A stretch of DNA of 64,000 bases from Eledone cirrhosa (Eukaryota), in NCBI GenBank assembly GCA_964016885.1, contig OZ024740.1, positions 39,494,001 through 39,558,000 of the forward strand. Direction: 5' to 3'. The notes beneath the pieces were generated by a model. The model ran no database searches, was not told the origin of the DNA, and was given only the letters and a program-made list of their open reading frames with translations. Both the position numbers and the translations under genes were made by a program. Below are positions 63,248-64,000 of this stretch, piece by piece; position 1 is the first letter of the stretch, and every line of letters begins with the position of its first letter.

Positions 63248-64000
63248 GGTGTAAGTAGTGTGGTACATTAAAGAGGTGTAATTAGTGTGGTATATTAAAG
63301 AGGTGTAGTTAGTGTGATACATTAAAGAGGTGTAATTAGTGTGGTATATTAAAGAGGTGCAATTAGTGTGGTATATTAAAGAGGTGTAATTAGTGTGGTA
63401 TATTAAAGAGGTGTAATTAGCGTGGTACATTAAAGAAGTGTAATTAGTGTGGTATATTAAAGAGGTGCAATTAGTGTGGTATATTATAAAGGTGCAATTA
63501 GTGTGGTATATTAAAGAGGTGTAATTAGTGTGGTATATTAAAGAGGTGCAATTAGTGTGTAATATTAAAGAGGTACAATTAGTGTGGTATATTAAAGAGG
63601 TGCAATTAGTGTGGTATATTAAAGCGGTGTAATTAGTGTGGTATATTAAAGAGGTGTAATTAGTGTGGTACATTAAAGAGGTGTAATTAGGGTGGTACAT
63701 TAAAGAGGTGTAATTAGTGTGGTATATTAAAGAGGTGTAATTAGTGTGGTACATTAAAGAAGTGTAATTAGTGTGGTATATTAAAGAGGTGCAATTAGTG
63801 TGGTATATTAAAAAGGTGCAATTAGTGTGGTATATTAAAGAGGTGTAATTAGTTTGGTATATTAAAGAGGTGCAATTAGTGTGGAATATTAAAGAGGTAC
63901 AATTAGTGTGGTATATTAAAGAGGTGCAATTAGTGTGGTATATTAAAGCGGTGTAATTAGTGTGGTATATTAAAGAGGTGTAATTAGTGTGGTACATTAA

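Larger units (their letters stand above)
1140..63997 (-). other. Repeat-derived ORFs (LIYHTNYTS)n, most likely non-coding by-products of the satellite
   Basis: The reverse-complement monomer reads TTA ATA TAC CAC ACT AAT TAC ACC TCT with no stop, while the other five consensus frames contain TAA or TAG. Starts are mostly ATA>ATG monomer variants, and ends are point-mutation stops or 1-bp indels that are copied between duplicated blocks. There is no non-repetitive domain. Confidence 0.85.
1..64000. repeat. 27-bp tandem repeat (satellite) array, consensus AAAGAGGTGTAATTAGTGTGGTATATT, about 2,370 head-to-tail copies, open at both window ends
   Basis: The monomer is readable on every line from 1 to 64000 in the same orientation. 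Most copies differ from consensus by a few substitutions, and some are 24, 26, 28 or 29 bp long. The 9-aa periodicity of the minus-strand ORFs confirms the 27-bp period. Confidence 0.99.
45300..64000. repeat. Right subdomain with irregular 1.9-2.7 kb higher-order units
   Basis: Marker TAATGTGGTCCATTAAAAATGTATA (MDHIKY ORF start) occurs at 49873, 51924, 54651, 57003, 58946 and 61538, with spacings 2,051, 2,727, 2,352, 1,943 and 2,592. I did not see it left of 49 kb. Confidence 0.87.

Noticed and set aside
1140-63997. Cluster of real genes encoding repeat proteins
   Set aside because: All ORFs are the same chance-open frame of the monomer, bounded by variant ATGs, stops and frameshifts, with no unique sequence. 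They are not annotated as CDS.
1-64000. CRISPR array (27 bp is within the CRISPR repeat size range)
   Set aside because: Monomers abut directly with no unique spacers, and there is no leader or cas gene.
1-64000. Sequencing or rolling-circle amplification artefact
   Set aside because: Rare variants recur in ordered, nested kb-scale blocks with copy-specific SNPs, which random error or a single circular template would not produce. Local misassembly remains possible.
1-64000. Fungal RIP signature (CA/TA dimorphisms at TGCA/TGTA and TACA/TATA)
   Set aside because: RIP acts on both strands, yet three TG dinucleotides per monomer (CA on the minus strand) are largely retained. The direction of change is also unknown.
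1-64000. G-quadruplex-forming array
   Set aside because: The consensus has only GG runs separated by 12-13 nt and GGG variants are isolated, so the canonical four-GGG pattern is not met.
1-64000. Promoters (TATA-like TATATTAAA) or terminators
   Set aside because: The motif is part of every monomer with no associated gene. There are no GC-rich hairpins, only short AT palindromes (TAATTA, TTAA).
1-64000. Intrinsic DNA curvature from phased A-tracts
   Set aside because: The A/T tracts are short and spaced about 13-14 bp apart, and 27 bp is about 2.6 helical turns, so they are out of helical phase.
1-64000. Diversity-generating retroelement or antigenic-variation cassette system
   Set aside because: There is no reverse transcriptase, recombinase or expression locus in the window. 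The variation is not adenine-specific and is explained by block duplication.

Overview
The whole 64,000-bp window is one uninterrupted, single-orientation tandem array (satellite/minisatellite DNA) of a 27-bp monomer. The + strand consensus is AAAGAGGTGTAATTAGTGTGGTATATT (9 A, 10 T, 8 G, 0 C), giving about 2,370 copies (64,000/27). Both ends run off the window. I found no unique sequence, transposon, RNA gene, CRISPR spacer or credible protein-coding gene. All listed minus-strand ORFs (repeat peptide LIYHTNYTS) come from the one stop-free frame of a monomer whose length is a multiple of 3. The real structure is in the monomer variants. They form nested, irregular higher-order duplications (offsets 1,702, 1,943, 2,051, 4,996, 5,532, 5,861, 6,887 and 10,738 bp) and three subdomains with different marker sets (about 1-31.0 kb, 31.0-45.3 kb, 45.3-64 kb). 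A diverged two-monomer landmark cassette is shared by all three. A eukaryotic heterochromatic or subtelomeric origin is my inference; I do not recognise the repeat family or organism. I cannot support a novel gene system here. The leads worth testing are the extreme strand asymmetry with telomere-like motifs, the near-exclusive three-state variant code and the dense transcription-factor-like motifs. Offsets were read by eye from marker variants and ORF coordinates, so block boundaries are approximate.
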